The notes under the pieces were generated by a model. That model had not been told where the DNA came from, did no database searches, and saw nothing but the letters and a program-made list of their open reading frames with translations. A DNA stretch of 63,314 bases, filler included, from Octopus bimaculoides (Eukaryota), in NCBI RefSeq assembly GCF_001194135.2. It is 3 parts of 3 records of this genome, joined end to end, with 100 filler letters (N's around TTAATTAATTAA, not from the genome) between each part and the next. Parts side by side here need not be neighbours in the genome. Positions count along the whole stretch, not along the records: positions 27,726 to 56,127 come from NC_068990.1; 2 more parts are not named here. One strand, 5' to 3'. The position numbers were made by a program, and so were the translations under genes. Below, piece after piece: positions 40,672 to 54,189 of the stretch (position 1 is its first letter; every line of letters starts with the position of its first letter).

Positions 40672-40977
40672 GGTGAAGGCGCATGGCTTAATGTTTAGGG
40701 TGTTGCACTCACGATTGTGAGATCGTGCGTTCGATTCCCAGACCGGGCGTTGCGTTGTGTTCTTGAGCAAAGCACTTGATTTCACGTTGTTCTGCGATCA
40801 TTTGGACATTTTACATGAAGCACCCAGTTGCACCTGTAGAAGCAATGCCGATTTGATGGAGGGAGTGAGGTGATTTTCTACACAAACATTTGAGCACTAT
40901 CAGCAAATCATCTGTGAGGTTGTTCGGTAAGAAACTGTCGAACCCTCCTACGTCGTCCAACGACAGGAGAGTCCATT
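40672..40977 (+). mobile_element. SINE family C, full length (tRNA head, CORE-like block)
   Basis: tggcttaatg A-box-like, gttcgattccc B-box, gcgttgtgttcttgagcaaagcactt resembling the CORE domain, 3' stem-loop gtcgt-cca-acgac. Confidence 0.8.
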
Positions 40978-41051
40978 GTATATAATATATATATTCTATA
41001 TGTACATATATATACACATATTCATATATATTATAGAGGTTCTTATCTTTT

Positions 41052-41262
41052 ATCTTTTTACCTGTTTCAGTCAATATACCGTACCCATTCTGGGGCATGG
41101 CACTCAAATGAATCGACCCCAGTAATTACTTTTTAAAACTAAATGTATCGGTGTTTTTGGTCGAACCGCTCGGTTACTAGACGCTAAACAAACCAACCGG
41201 TTCTCAACTGGTGGCAGTGGCGAAACAGACACAAAGGGATACATATACATATGATACATATG

Positions 41263-41321
<59 letters not shown>

Positions 41322-41485
41322 TCTGTGTGTGTTTGTGTTTGTGTGTTTGTGTGTGTGCGTGCGTGGTTGTGTGTGTGATGTGTTTCTTTCAGTTTACCTC
41401 TGTCAAATCCAGTCACTAAAATTTTGGCGTCCTGAGGCTATAGTACAAAATACTTGGCTAAGGTGCTTCATACTACGACTTAACA
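41052..41485 (-). mobile_element. SINE family B, diverged with expanded (TG)n
   Basis: Tail, central and head blocks collinear with the reverse complement of 49101-49499. Confidence 0.75.
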
Positions 41486-41640
41486 CAAAACCAACTTCAT
41501 CACTGATCATCGCTCCTACAAAAAAAATTTATCTCAATATTATAAAGCCAAGATTAACTTGAATACATCACAGTCCGATGATAACCTAGCTGGCCGAAAC
41601 TTCAAAGTCACTGTCGATACTATTCTTGTTAAAGAATTAT

Positions 41641-41691
<51 letters not shown>

Positions 41692-42561
41692 AGTATATAT
41701 ATTTATATATATATGCATATATATGTCCGAATATATATGTATGTGTGTGTATATATATATATGTATATATATATTCATACATACATACATANNNNNNNNN
41801 NNNNNNNNNNNNNNNNNNNNNNNNNNNNNNNNNNNNNNNNNNNNNNNNNNNNNNNNNNNNNNNNNNNNNNNNNNNNNNNNNNNNNNNNNNNNNNNNNNNN
41901 NNNNNNNNNNNNNNNNNNNNNNNNNNNNNNNNNNNNNNNNNNNNNNNNNNNNNNNNNNNNNNNNNNNNNNNNNNNNNNNNNNNNNNNNNNNNNNNNNNNN
42001 NNNNNNNNNNNNNNNNNNNNNNNNNNNNNNNNNNNNNNNNNNNNNNNNNNNNNNNNNNNNNNNNNNNNNNNNNNNNNNNNNNNNNNNNNNNNNNNNNNNN
42101 NNNNNNNNNNNNNNNNNNNNNNNNNNNNNNNNNNNNNNNNNNNNNNNNNNNNNNNNNNNNNNNNNNNNNNNNNNNNNNNNNNNNNNNNNNNNNNNNNNNN
42201 NNNNNNNNNNNNNNNNNNNNNNNNNNNNNNNNNNNNNNNNNNNNNNNNNNNNNNNNNNNNNNNNNNNNNNNNNNNNNNNNNNNNNNNNNNNNNNNNNNNN
42301 NNNNNNNNNNNNNNNNNNNNNNNNNNNNNNNNNNNNNNNNNNNNNNNNNNNNNNNNNNNNNNNNNNNNNNNNNNNNNNNNNNNNNNNNNNNNNNNNNNNN
42401 NNNNNNNNNNNNTATGTACATTCATATATATATACGTATGTATGTACGTATTTTATAAGTGCCAACGCACAATATTCTTCACCTTGGGTCACTCTGTTGC
42501 CTTTGCTAAGTATTAATAATCAACACACAAACATAAACGCATGTGTGTGTATGTGCTGTGC

Positions 42562-42614
<53 letters not shown>

Positions 42615-42669
42615 CATACATATATTGCGTTGAATTCCGCTGTTGATGTAGTTTACAATGCAGAAGTTA

Positions 42670-42877
42670 GGTGTCTGTCCCCGATCAACGCTAGTCAACC
42701 GGTATTGTTGTCTTTACGTCCCTCTAAGTTTTGCCGTTCGGCAAAAGAGACCGAAAGAATAAGTACCAGGTTTTAAGGAAGAAAAAATAATATGTACGCG
42801 GGAAGAATCAGTGAACTAAAATCTTTCAAGGCGCTGCCCCAGCATGACCGAAACCTAATGACTGAAATAAGTAAAAG
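42670..42877 (+). mobile_element. SINE family B, 3' half
   Basis: gttcggcaaaagagaccgaaagaataagtaccagg...ccagcatgacc...atgactgaaataagtaaaag. Confidence 0.8.
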
Positions 42878-43728
42878 TTAAAAGTGAAAGATATAACACA
42901 TCGATATAAAAAAGAAGTTTGAATTTCATATAACTTACACTCCATGGGGATTATTTCATATTTACAAGGATGCTATCTACAAATTCCTGAAGTGTTTTTC
43001 CTTGTTTAAAGTTTAAACAACTATCACCTATGTCGAGTAAATGAATTACTAACATGAAGGATTCATATCTGAAAATATGACAATTAAACTTTGACATCTC
43101 ATTTACATGTCAATATACTCACTCACAGCCACAACTACGTATATGCAAGCACCCCGCCACAAACACACATATTAGATATACACACTCACACGTACAGATA
43201 ATGATTACCATTGTATCCCGCAGCATCAAAGAATCATTAGAAAGTAATCTTCATCTGAATAAGACGCCTGTCTTTTGCAGACAACTTTCTGTTACGTATC
43301 CCCGACGGATGGCTGAACCAAAGAATACAGTTAAAATTTATTTGTAAAATACAGTTTGGAAATTACCTTAGGCGACCTGAAATCATGAGTAACCAGTTAG
43401 CAGCCCGATTTCGCACACAGTTGGAGATGAAATGCTGTTTGAATTGAGTATGGAATTTGTTTTCTAGATTCCACATTCGTTCACCACATGCACGTGCAAG
43501 CATACGATTAAGTATTTAGCTACTTACAAGTATACATACATACATGCATACATACATACATACATACATATATACATACATACATACACACATATATACA
43601 TACACACATACATACATACATACATAATACATATATACACACATCCATCCATCCATCCATCCATCCATACATACATACACACACAGCCATGCATACATCC
43701 ATCCATCCATCCATCCATCCATCCATAC

Positions 43729-43759
<31 letters not shown>

Positions 43760-43885
43760 CATACANNNNNNNNNNNNNNNNNNNNNNNNNNNNNNNNNNN
43801 NNNNNNNNNNNNNNNNNNNNNNNNNNNNNNNNNNNNNNNNNNNNNNNNNNNNNNNNNNNNNNNNNNNNNNNNNNNNNATACATAC

Positions 43886-43916
<31 letters not shown>

Positions 43917-44029
43917 CATACATACACAAACACACAGACACACACGCACGCATGCAGACATAGAGTATATATTGTATATATATTTGTATATGTCACTCTC
44001 TCTCTCTCTCGCATATGTATATATGTCTG

Positions 44030-44061
<32 letters not shown>

Positions 44062-44529
44062 CGTGTGTGTGTGTGTGGATATATATGCATACATGTATGT
44101 ATACATCTATATACTTCTAGTTGTCGGCTGGCCACCTGTTAATCCCATCTCCCAGAGTAACCCAATAGTACGCTTACACGTGGAACTCCCTTCAACTTAG
44201 AAAAAATATATTAATAACAACAATAACGTGTACACGGAAATTCTTAAGCTTTATTAATGGACCACAGCATATGTTTCTGCACCCCGGACGACGATTAGGT
44301 AACAATTTTTCATTTCAGAAAATATTATTTAAGATTACTCTTAAAATTTATGAATCTGAAATTTCTTCTCCGCTTCATTTCAATATGAGTGATCCTTCAG
44401 TTATTGCATTTATGTTAAGAGCAATCTTAAGTAAGTAATATCTTATGAGCATGAAAAATTGTTACCTATTGATCGTGCGAGGTGCGGAGACATATGTTGT
44501 GCTTTATTAATAAAGACTATGAATGTCTA

Positions 44530-44748
44530 TCCGCAAGCTGCAGACAGAAACGTTAGCACGCCGGGCGAGATGCTGAGCCGTATTCCGTCTGTCTTTACGT
44601 TCTAAGTTCAAATTCCGCCGAGGTCGACTTTGCAGTTCATCCTTTTGGGGGCGATAAATTAAGTACCAGTTGCGTACTGGGGTCGATCTAATCGACAGGC
44701 CCCCTTCCCAAATATTTTGGACCTTGTACCTAGAGTAAAAAAGATTAC

Positions 44749-44820
<72 letters not shown>
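44530..44820 (+). mobile_element. SINE family A with (TAT)n tail
   Basis: Collinear with 5663-5880; followed by (TAT)n at about 44746-44820. Confidence 0.9.
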
Positions 44821-44849
44821 GTTTGGTTATTTGTTTTCGTACCACGTTT

Positions 44850-45081
44850 TGTGAGGTTCGTTGATGTCCACTGTCTTACGGAACGATTCTTGTGGTGGAC
44901 ATTTCTAAAAGTTCCCTCTTCTTAAAAATTATTTCTGCGTCATATAATGAATGGTAAGCCTTGTAGGTGGATCTGATTGAAGCTTCTCACTAAGCTGTCT
45001 TTTCACCTCGACTGCATCTTCAAAGTTCCACAGGCAATTTTGGGTAAATTTCCTTTGTTCAAAGCTTAGTTTGGTTCCCAT
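44850..45081 (-). pseudogene. Degenerate Tc1/mariner-type transposase N-terminus (DUF4817-like HTH)
   Basis: MGTKLSFEQRKFTQNCLWNFEDAVEVKRQLSEKLQSDPPTRLTI, then frameshifted EEEGTFRNVHHKNRS; matches L+FEQRKF+...W..E...EV+R.F......PPTRLTI. Confidence 0.7.
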
Positions 45082-46153
45082 TAATATTTCTAACTAGTGG
45101 ACCGCCTTTCAGGCAGTTTTCTTCTAGTTATTAAATGATATTTGCATATTTGATTTGTCTAATTCTGATATGTTACTCCTAATTTTCACTGTACCCTTTA
45201 TTTGTCTAATAGACCCCCCCCCCCCCGGCACAGTAAATTTAGAGTATAACTACAGAATTGTGCACCACTGACTTTGTTTCCTCATTATTGTCTGAAAACT
45301 AGATATTTGTTAATGAAATTTTCTACAAATACGTCTCAGATGGTGGAGATTACGATTATATCGCAATTATTGTGCAAACCTTTTATTAGCGGAAGATGGG
45401 TTAGATAGAAGTTATGGATAATTCACCCGTCTCAATTTTGTGTCTTCATAGATTTCTGAAAACGTAGAATTTCTTATAAGATATCTTCAGATGTTGATTA
45501 CGAATTTTTAAAGTTAGCTACATGGAAAAAAATTGATCGGTAATTGGTGGGAAGTACCTACTTTAGCTATGACTAATTGGTATTAGTAAATTCAAACTAC
45601 ATTTCTTATTTAGCAGTGTAGTTATTTAACAACACTCGGCAAATATGGATTGTAGCATCAACACAATTTCGTGGACGCTAGATTGACTTGAAATTTGCAG
45701 AATGTAGCATTGCAAATATTAGAGCAACCTAAGTATTTCCAGAAATATAAATAGCGACGTTAAAAAACGCTCTCTCGCACTGAATTAAATTACTGCGGGG
45801 CATAAGAGTTACCCTTGATTGAAGTGCATGATAAAAATCTTCAATGACGGTGCCCCATCATGGCCACAACCATAGGGCTGAAACGTATAAAAGAATAAAA
45901 TAATTTTTTTTTAAACCGCATTTTGATAAAAAAGCAGAAAAATATGAATTGGAATTTACGCAAATTTTCTTGAGAAACGAAAATTTAATAATTGCTTTGT
46001 TTTTGTGAAAGTTGACCAATCCGCTCTTATTAGTGAGCAGCTCATAGCGAAAAAAAAAATAAATAAAACAAAACAAAACAAAAGGAAATGAAATTGATTA
46101 GCGGCTGTTAAAGTGTGTGTGTGTGTGCTTTTTCTTTTGGTCCATCCTCAGCT

Positions 46154-46184
<31 letters not shown>

Positions 46185-46789
46185 GTGTGTGTGTGTGTAA
46201 ATACACATAAATGTATAAATGAATATGTATCAGAGTGCATGTAGTTTGTCATATGGTGACCTACTCAGCTTTTACTTCTTGTTTCATATACACAAAAGCA
46301 AATATTTAATCGAATAGCCATCACACTATAAGCTTTGCTTAAGTTTTGCAGACTTAACTCCATCTGCTAGTCAGTGTTATGGTTTTTCACCGGCGTTGAT
46401 TTCTAATTTAACTATTGTGTAAACAGTCGATAAATTAGTGGACATCTGTTCAATTAAGCTCATGCTATAACGAGCCTGAAACCAAGCCGTCGAAGCTGAC
46501 AGCTATTAACCCTTCTCGCCTACAATTATTTACTTGATATATTGAAAACTTTATTCTTATGCACGTATCCATACAAATGTGTAGACACGCAGCGTTCAGT
46601 AACGTACGTTACAACGATTGGTATTTGAAGCTGTAGATACGGTTTTGAATTTTAGGTGTAGTCACTTTACTTTTGGCAATGCTATAAATAAAACTGCGTT
46701 AATGTAGTGTATAGTTTTCTCCCCGTAGATATAAGATTTAGGTGTTGCTAAATTTATAGTGTGAAGTACAGAGTTAGAATACATCAAGT

Positions 46790-46900
46790 ACATCTGACGT
46801 GAGCAGTATTGCCTCCTTGAGGCAAAGAGGGCGGAGGAAAGATCCCGGGAAACATTGAAGACAAATGGGGGGCGGGGGCGGATAATAGGGTGGCCAAAAG
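46790..46900. promoter_or_regulatory. GC-box cluster, possible promoter
   Basis: tgacgtga, ggggcggagg and gggggcgggggcgg in unique sequence; motif presence only. Confidence 0.15.
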
Positions 46901-47269
46901 GAGACGATGGGTGGTGATGCTCCTTTCTACTTTTCAGTGGTATACTCAGGTTTAGAAAATCACGTTTAAAAATCGATCAGAAAAAAGTTGCTTGATTTCT
47001 TGAAATAACAACAGAGTACAGAAATAAATGAAAAACAAACAAACAAACAAATGTTTACTGATGACACTGGTCATAAGAACACGAAGAAAATTCCCTAGAA
47101 AGACGAAAATATATGATACTGAACAAAAACAACAACAGCAACATCGATAATAACGACAGGAATTACAGGAACAACAAAAAGAAAATAATATATACAAATA
47201 CACACACACACACATATGTATATACACACACACGTACGTGCGTGCGTGTGTGTGTGCAAGTATGTGTAT

Positions 47270-47360
47270 ATGTATACCGAGATATCAGTATGTGTATACC
47301 TAGATATCAATATGTATACTTAGATATCAGTATGTGTATATGTATACGTAGATATCAGTA
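47270..47360. repeat. About 20-bp minisatellite (gatatcagtatgtgtataccta-like), four units
   Basis: Directly visible imperfect units. Confidence 0.8.
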
Positions 47361-47380
47361 CTGAGGAAACAATAATAGTG

Positions 47381-47687
47381 GATGAAGAACCAGTTCTCCT
47401 TTAAAATGACATTCAGTTGAGACGAAAGTTCAAAAGTCACATCAGGATCTTTGATTGTAAAATGATATTCCTTACCGCCGTCCTGCACTGTGGAACAAAG
47501 TCAAGATATATTGCATTGCTTTTCCAGCATCATATTTTGTAGAGCGAGGCTTCAGTGCAGCTGCCTGGGTTCTTTTTAAGCAAAGAAACAGACAGAAAAT
47601 TAATGAACGCCGGTATGTAAAACTTCGTAACACCTTAGCATTATCAAGAAGCTGATATCCTTACGCAATGAATATCCATTGCGGTAA
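47381..47687 (+). pseudogene. hAT (Charlie-like) transposase C-terminal dimerisation-domain remnant
   Basis: PALWNKVKIYCIAFPASYFVERGFSAAAWVLFKQRNRQKINER...IKKLISL matches hAT AFP+SYLVERGFS....L.K.RNRL; stops and frameshifts present. Confidence 0.8.
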
Positions 47688-48711
47688 AAATATGAAAACA
47701 ACGTACTTATAGATGAGAAGTAAATTTACTCTATCAGATTTTAAAACAAAATTATAGGTTAATTAGATTAAATTTTATATGTGAAATAAGTTCTTTTGAA
47801 TTTGCTGTAGGAACGGGTCTATTATTGTGCTGGTGCGTCTGTAGATGGGGGATGGGTATTAAGAATATTACTTGTCACAGTGTGACTTCTTTATTTATGA
47901 TCGAAAACTTCGTTCTATCTTTGTTCAAGGAATACAGAAGCCACTGTTGTTAAAATGCAGAACATGTGGCAATGTAATCGGCGACAATGGTGTCTCTCGT
48001 TCGATATCTCTCTGTTTCTTCATATTATTGTTCTGTGTCCCTGAGAACCGAAATGTTTGTTGGTTACACTGATTAATTCTATGTATCAACATAAAGATTA
48101 TGGATGATTAAATGTTGCTAACAAGCTGAAATTTCAAGGATTTTACTTCACCTGCTATACGATCATTCAGTTCATAATATTTCTATGTTCATTGTTTTAC
48201 TGGCGTCGTCTTTTACTTTAATAGTTACGTAGCCAATCAATAAAATATGTCCGGGAAAGATACTATAGAAGCAAGTGATCGAATAAATAAGATATTGAGA
48301 TCAAATTCTTTGTGGGACATTCGACGTGTCTCTGGTTATGAGTTGCAAGATCATCCGAGAATGGAATGTATTTTAGAATAGCGTCCTATTGTTATGAAAT
48401 AAGTTAGGGTTTATGAATCCATGAAATTCGAGAAAGAAGGGCAGAGATTATATCATTGAATTTCAATACTACTGACCTACAGTTTTACTTATCTATTCGT
48501 ACTAAAGAATAAATACAGACTCAATTAAGAATCTAGGAATATTTTTTGTAAATATACAATTGTTTTGCTTTTAACTATTATAACTATCATTACAACCACT
48601 CGGTAATACAGGTGAGCACAGGTCTAGTGGTCACCTATGAAAGGATATAGAAGTCATAAGCGAAAAGGTTGAATTTCATTGTCGAATCTTTCATCTTTTA
48701 TCTTTTATTTT

Positions 48712-48948
48712 TAATCTTCTACTTCCTTCAGTCACTAGACTGCGGCTTTGCTGGCGCATCGCCTTGAAGAATTTTATTAGAATGAATGGACACCAGAACT
48801 TATGTTTTTAAAAGCCTGGTACTTATTCTATGGGTCTCTTTTGTCGAACCATCAAGTTACGGGGATGTAAACACAGCAAAGTCGATTGTCCAGCAGTGGT
48901 GGGGCCTTTGCTCGGACCGAGGTTATGTAGGTAAGAGACATCTGCTCA
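48712..48948 (-). mobile_element. SINE family B, 3' half plus short head remnant
   Basis: Reverse complement of about 49330-49495. Confidence 0.85.
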
Positions 48949-49100
48949 ATTTATTTATTAACTTCTATGCTGCAGTAGAGGCAACATGTTCTTTGTCTAT
49001 ATCCTCAACTTCTTGGAGATTTTAGGCATAATTATACTAATGTGTCCATCTGCTGTTCTAATTTAATTACATATATATATATAAATGTACATATATTCAT

Positions 49101-49498
49101 AGGTGCAGGTGCGGCTGTGTGGTAAGTAACCTGCTTACCAATCACATGGTTCCGGGTTCATTCCCTCAGCATGGCATCTTGGGCAAGTGTCTTCTACTAT
49201 AGCCTCTGACCGACTAAAGCCTTGTGAGTGAATTTGGTAGACGGAAACTGAAAGAAGCCTGCCGTATATATATGAATATATGTGTGTGTATATGTTTGTG
49301 TGTCTGTGTTTGTCCCCCCCCCCACATCGCTTGACATCCGATGCTTGTGTGTTTAGGTTCCCGTAACGTAGCGGTTCAGCAAAAGAGACCGATAGAATAA
49401 GTACTAGTCTTACAAAGAATAAGTCCTAGGTTCGATTTGCTCGACTAAAAGGTAGTGCTCCAGCATGGCTGCAGTCAAATGACTGAAACAAGTAAAAG

Positions 49499-49499
<1 letters not shown>
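49101..49499 (+). mobile_element. SINE family B, full-length reference copy
   Basis: Head ggctgtgtggtaag...ggttccgggttca, CORE-like cttgggcaagtgtcttc, internal (TA/TG)n, tail cagcatggctgcagtcaaatgactgaaacaagtaaaaga. Confidence 0.9.
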
Positions 49500-49530
<31 letters not shown>

Positions 49531-51760
49531 NNNNNNNNNNNNNNNNNNNNNNNNNNNNNNNNNNNNNNNNNNNNNNNNNNNNNNNNNNNNNNNNNNNNNN
49601 NNNNNNNNNNNNNNNNNNNNNNNNNNNNNNNNNNNNNNNNNNNNNNNNNNNNNNNNNNNNNNNNNNNNNNNNNNNNNNNNNNNNNNNNNNNNNNNNNNNN
49701 NNNNNNNNNNNNNNNNNNNNNNNNNNNNNNNNNNNNNNNNNNNNNNNNNNNNNNNNNNNNNNNNNNNNNNNNNNNNNNNNNNNNNNNNNNNNNNNNNNNN
49801 NNNNNNNNNNNNNNNNNNNNNNNNNNNNNNNNNNNNNNNNNNNNNNNNNNNNNNNNNNNNNNNNNNNNNNNNNNNNNNNNNNNNNNNNNNNNNNATTATA
49901 AAATCTGGTAATTATTCATATATTAATTAATATCGATTAATTATCAGGAGGCCAGCACATCTAAAGAATCAAAGAGATTCAGAAATATTATCTGCAATCT
50001 CAGGGGATTAAGGTACGTTTTAAAAAAATAACGTCGACCACTAACGTGGACAATTAATGCTCTAGAAATAGATCACATCTTGTGTCTATTAAGACCTATG
50101 TGAGTATGTGTGTGTGCTTGTTCGTGTGCTTGTATATACATTACGGTATTCATATACCTCTCTTCAAGCGTTAAAATTTACCATTTTAGTTTCCTATCAG
50201 TAGAGAAAATGGAATACGATATTGTTTTTTTCACACTTTTGTGAAAGAGCGTTACTTACTTGTGAGAAGTAATTGCATCTGTGAGAATGAGAAGTTACAT
50301 CTCATTTTCACCGTTTGTACGATTAGTCTCTTGTTACATATCGCATTGCATAGAGATAATTCGGTTAAGTGAAATCAACAGTTCCGCTCGAAACATTCCA
50401 ATGGCTGACTGATTATATCATATGTTTTGATTTTGCTTGTTTTAAATTGACACATGAATGTTCGAATATCATAGTTAACTGAAATTCGAAGAGGCAAGGG
50501 ATCTTCGCATTCATTAATTCTCTTTCAAATTTGACATTCGAGCAAAACTAAATTTTCCCACTCTGGTACCATCAGACTCGTCTATTACATGAATACATAC
50601 AAACATACATACATACATACCTACATGCATGCATACATACATACATACATACATACATACACACACACATACATACATACATAGAGGCGTACATACATAC
50701 ATGCATACATACATACATACATACANNNNNNNNNNNNNNNNNNNNNNNNNNNNNNNNNNNNNNNNNNNNNNNNNNNNNNNNNNNNNNNNNNNNNNNNNNN
50801 NNNNNNNNNNNNNNNNNNNNNNNNNNNNNNNNNNNNNNNNNNNNNNNNNNNNNNNNNNNNNNNNNNNNNNNNNNNNNNNNNNNNNNNNNNNNNNNNNNNN
50901 NNNNNNNNNNNNNNNNNNNNNNNNNNNATATATATATATACACATATACATACCTACATACATACAGTCATGCACTCATATTTATATACATATATACCAT
51001 ATATGCACATATAAATATATATCTACAAGTACCAACTTATGTTATTCTCTACATATATGTATATACATGGAAATTCATATATATATATATACATACATAG
51101 ATATATGTACATTTCTATGTGTTTACATACATTCATATTTGCATATACACTCACATAACGGCGCGCGCGCACACGCACACACATACACACATACATATAT
51201 ACATTTACATATATGCGTATATCGATAACTATATACATACGTACATACATACATACATACATACATACGTACATATATGCATACATACAGTCAGTGAATA
51301 TATTTAACAAATTACATCAGTTAAAGGTTTTCATTGAAAATATTCATTGTAAATTGCCAAGTTATAAAGACTTCTTCTCATTCTACTAAGTGGTTGCAGC
51401 CCTTCCATTTGAATAATGTGTAATTATTTCTTCTTCTCGATTTTCTTCTCTTGAATAATATTTTATTTTCAGGGCACAAATAATATCACACCGCGACTGT
51501 CAGACATCTATTCAAGATTGCAGGTATTAAATATTCACAGTTAGATTTGTCAGGGCCACTGCTTGAATTTAATTAAATTCACTTAGTTATTTTAACTAAT
51601 GTACATTACACACTGTCGAATTGAAGCTTATCGATAAACATACACTTGCGTTCGTATATGTTCACACATACAGGCAAATCACGCATGCACACACGAACAA
51701 GTAAACACACGTCTCAACAGATGCTTGCATACATGTATACATATATAATGCACATATAGA

Positions 51761-51808
<48 letters not shown>

Positions 51809-51918
51809 NNNNNNNNNNNNNNNNNNNNNNNNNNNNNNNNNNNNNNNNNNNNNNNNNNNNNNNNNNNNNNNNNNNNNNNNNNNNNNNNNNNNNNNNNNNN
51901 NNNNNNNNNNNNNNNNNN

Positions 51919-51959
<41 letters not shown>

Positions 51960-52519
51960 TATAAGCATAACAAAAACACGCAAATACACATTTATATACA
52001 ATAACCATATACCAACACATTCATATGAACCAGTATTTCAATATGTAAAGGCGCGCGCGTGCGTGTGCGTGCGTGTGCGTGTGCCTGAGTAGAGACTTCA
52101 AGTTAGTGAATGTTAAACAGTTATTTCAATTTGTTACGAATACTTCTTCATAGACATTCTTTTGAAATAGAAAAATGCAAAGTGAAACTAGCGAAAAAAA
52201 ACAAAATAGTTTAAGATTTGCTAGATTAGATGAATATATCTCCGGAGGCTCATGAATAGAATTATTCAACATGTAATCTGTAGGTCAAGATAATCACAAT
52301 TTTTACATTTATTTGTATGTTTAGTGTCATTATTTAGAAATTGAATAAGATTTCTATTATATTAGCGGATAATTTTCATGGACAAAAATCTCGCTTGAGG
52401 TTCGCAACAACCAGGTACAAAATCCGAAACTAATAATTGTAAAACTATATATGCATTTACCAGTAAGTAGCTATGCGTATTTTTGCATATACACAGACAT
52501 ATACCCACACGCACATATA

Positions 52520-52730
52520 TATTGATTTCAAATTTTGGCACAAGGTCAGCAATTTCACGGAGGGAGTAAATCGATTACCCCAGTAATCATCTCGGGTTTA
52601 TTTTATCGACCACGGAAAGGATGAAAGACAAAGTTAACTTAAACGTAATTTGAACTCATACTATGAAGTGAGAAAAAAATGCCATTAAACACTTTGCCTC
52701 CGCTTGCTAACGACTCTGCTAGCTCACTGC
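52520..52730 (-). mobile_element. SINE family A, alternative-tail variant, diverged
   Basis: tttcaaattttggcacaaggtcagcaatt...tttatcgaccacggaaaggatgaaagacaaag...atttgaactc. Confidence 0.75.
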
Positions 52731-52792
52731 TTTGGCATGTGTGTATATATTACTGGTATTGCTTTTGTGAATTGCATATAATAATCAGGAGT

Positions 52793-53256
52793 GGAGGCGC
52801 AATGGCCCAGTGGTTAGGGCAGCGGACTCGCGGTCATAGGATCGCGGTTTCGATTCCCANNNNNNNNNNNNNNNNNNNNNNNNNNNNNNNNNNNNNNNNN
52901 NNNNNNNNNNNNNNNNNNNNNNNNNNNNNNNNNNNNNNNNNNNNNNNNNNNNNNNNNNNNNNNNNNNNNNNNNNNNNNNNNNNNNNNNNNNNNNNNNNNN
53001 NNNNATGGTGGTGAACCCTGCTGTACTCTTTCCACACAACTTTCTCTCACTCTTTCTTCCTGTTTTTGTAGTGCCTGTAATTCAAAGGGCCAGCCTTGTC
53101 ACACTGTGTCACGCTGAATATCCCCGAGAACTACCTTTAAGGGTACACGTGTCTGTGGAGTGCTCAACCACTTGCACGTTAATTTCACGAGCAGGCTGTT
53201 CCGTCGATCGGATCAACTGGAACCCTCGACGTCGTAAGCGACGGAGTGCCAACAAC
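52793..53256 (+). mobile_element. SINE family D (tRNA head; interrupted by a gap)
   Basis: tggcccagtggttagggcagcggactcgcgg...ggtttcgattccc head; 3' end gaaccctcgacgtcgtaagcgacgg resembles the family C tail. Confidence 0.75.
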
Positions 53257-53405
53257 ATAATAATAGGGAGTGTATGACTTATTCAACAATTAGGGAAATC
53301 TATACACCCGATAAAATTTTGAAATGACCGAGAGCCATCTTATAAATGCTAATCGATAAAAATTTAACACCTTCCGTTGATATTCATGAAATAAATTTCA
53401 TTTCA

Positions 53406-53618
53406 GATGCAAGCGTGGTTGCGTGATAAAAAGTCTACTTCCCAACTACATGGTTCCGAATTCAGTCCCACTGCGTATCATCTTGGGCAAGTAACGTCTA
53501 CTACATAGCCGTACTGACTAATTCCTTGTGAGTGGATTTAGTAGTAGAAACTGAAAGAAGCCCGTCGTATATGTATATGAGTGTGTGTGTGTGCGTGTGT
53601 ATTTGTGTTTGTTCCCCC
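53406..53618 (+). mobile_element. SINE family B, 5' half
   Basis: catggttccgaattcagtcccactgcg...cttgggcaagt...gaaactgaaagaagcccgtcgtatat. Confidence 0.8.
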
Positions 53619-53620
53619 AT

Positions 53621-54092
53621 CAAGTACGTTGCCCGGAAGTTTGAAGAAGACAGTAGAATTGACACGAAGCGCAGCCTCTCTTGGACACAAGAGCACTACA
53701 TCGCATCACACTTTGAAGGCTATCCGCTTGCAATCCAGGAACAAGAGATTGCCACAAAATACTCGGTGAAGAAGAGAGAGTGACACATTTGTAATCACAA
53801 GGTGCAACCGCATGTGTACTTTGTTATGTTTCTGTGGAAGACATTACGCATGTGATTAGCAGGTGTCCTAAAATACTACCTCCCTGTGTAGCACGATGTT
53901 GCTAAAACAACTTACAGTGTCATCCGCAAAAAGACTGTCCTAAAATAAACTTAGAAAATCCCTCTGTCGTGGAATACATGCATAAACACCAACTCAATGA
54001 ATACTGCTGCAATATTCCCATCAAAACTTCTGTCAAATGTAAGCATAACAGGTCGGATATTGTTGTTTGGGACAGAGGCAAAGTTATGTACA

Positions 54093-54095
<3 letters not shown>
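53621..54095 (+). pseudogene. R4/Dong-type RLE LINE ORF fragment (CCHC finger to start of RLE)
   Basis: EGYPLAIQEQEIATKY, CTLCYVSVEDITHVISRCPK (CCHC), HDVAK and HNRSDIVVWD (RPD motif), with frameshifts and stops. Confidence 0.8.

Positions 54096-54189
<94 letters not shown>

Noticed and set aside
43367-43376. 10-nt minus-strand micro-exon (tttcAG|gtcgcctaag|GTAATT)
   Set aside because: Too short to distinguish from chance.
47930-47989. Plus-strand IQKPLLLKCRTCGNVIGDN with a CxxC motif
   Set aside because: Weak donor (GTGTCT) and no partner exons.
52793-52859. tRNA-like sequences (also 40672, 49101, 56566)
   Set aside because: No complete cloverleaf or acceptor stem; they continue into repeat bodies, so they are SINE or repeat heads.
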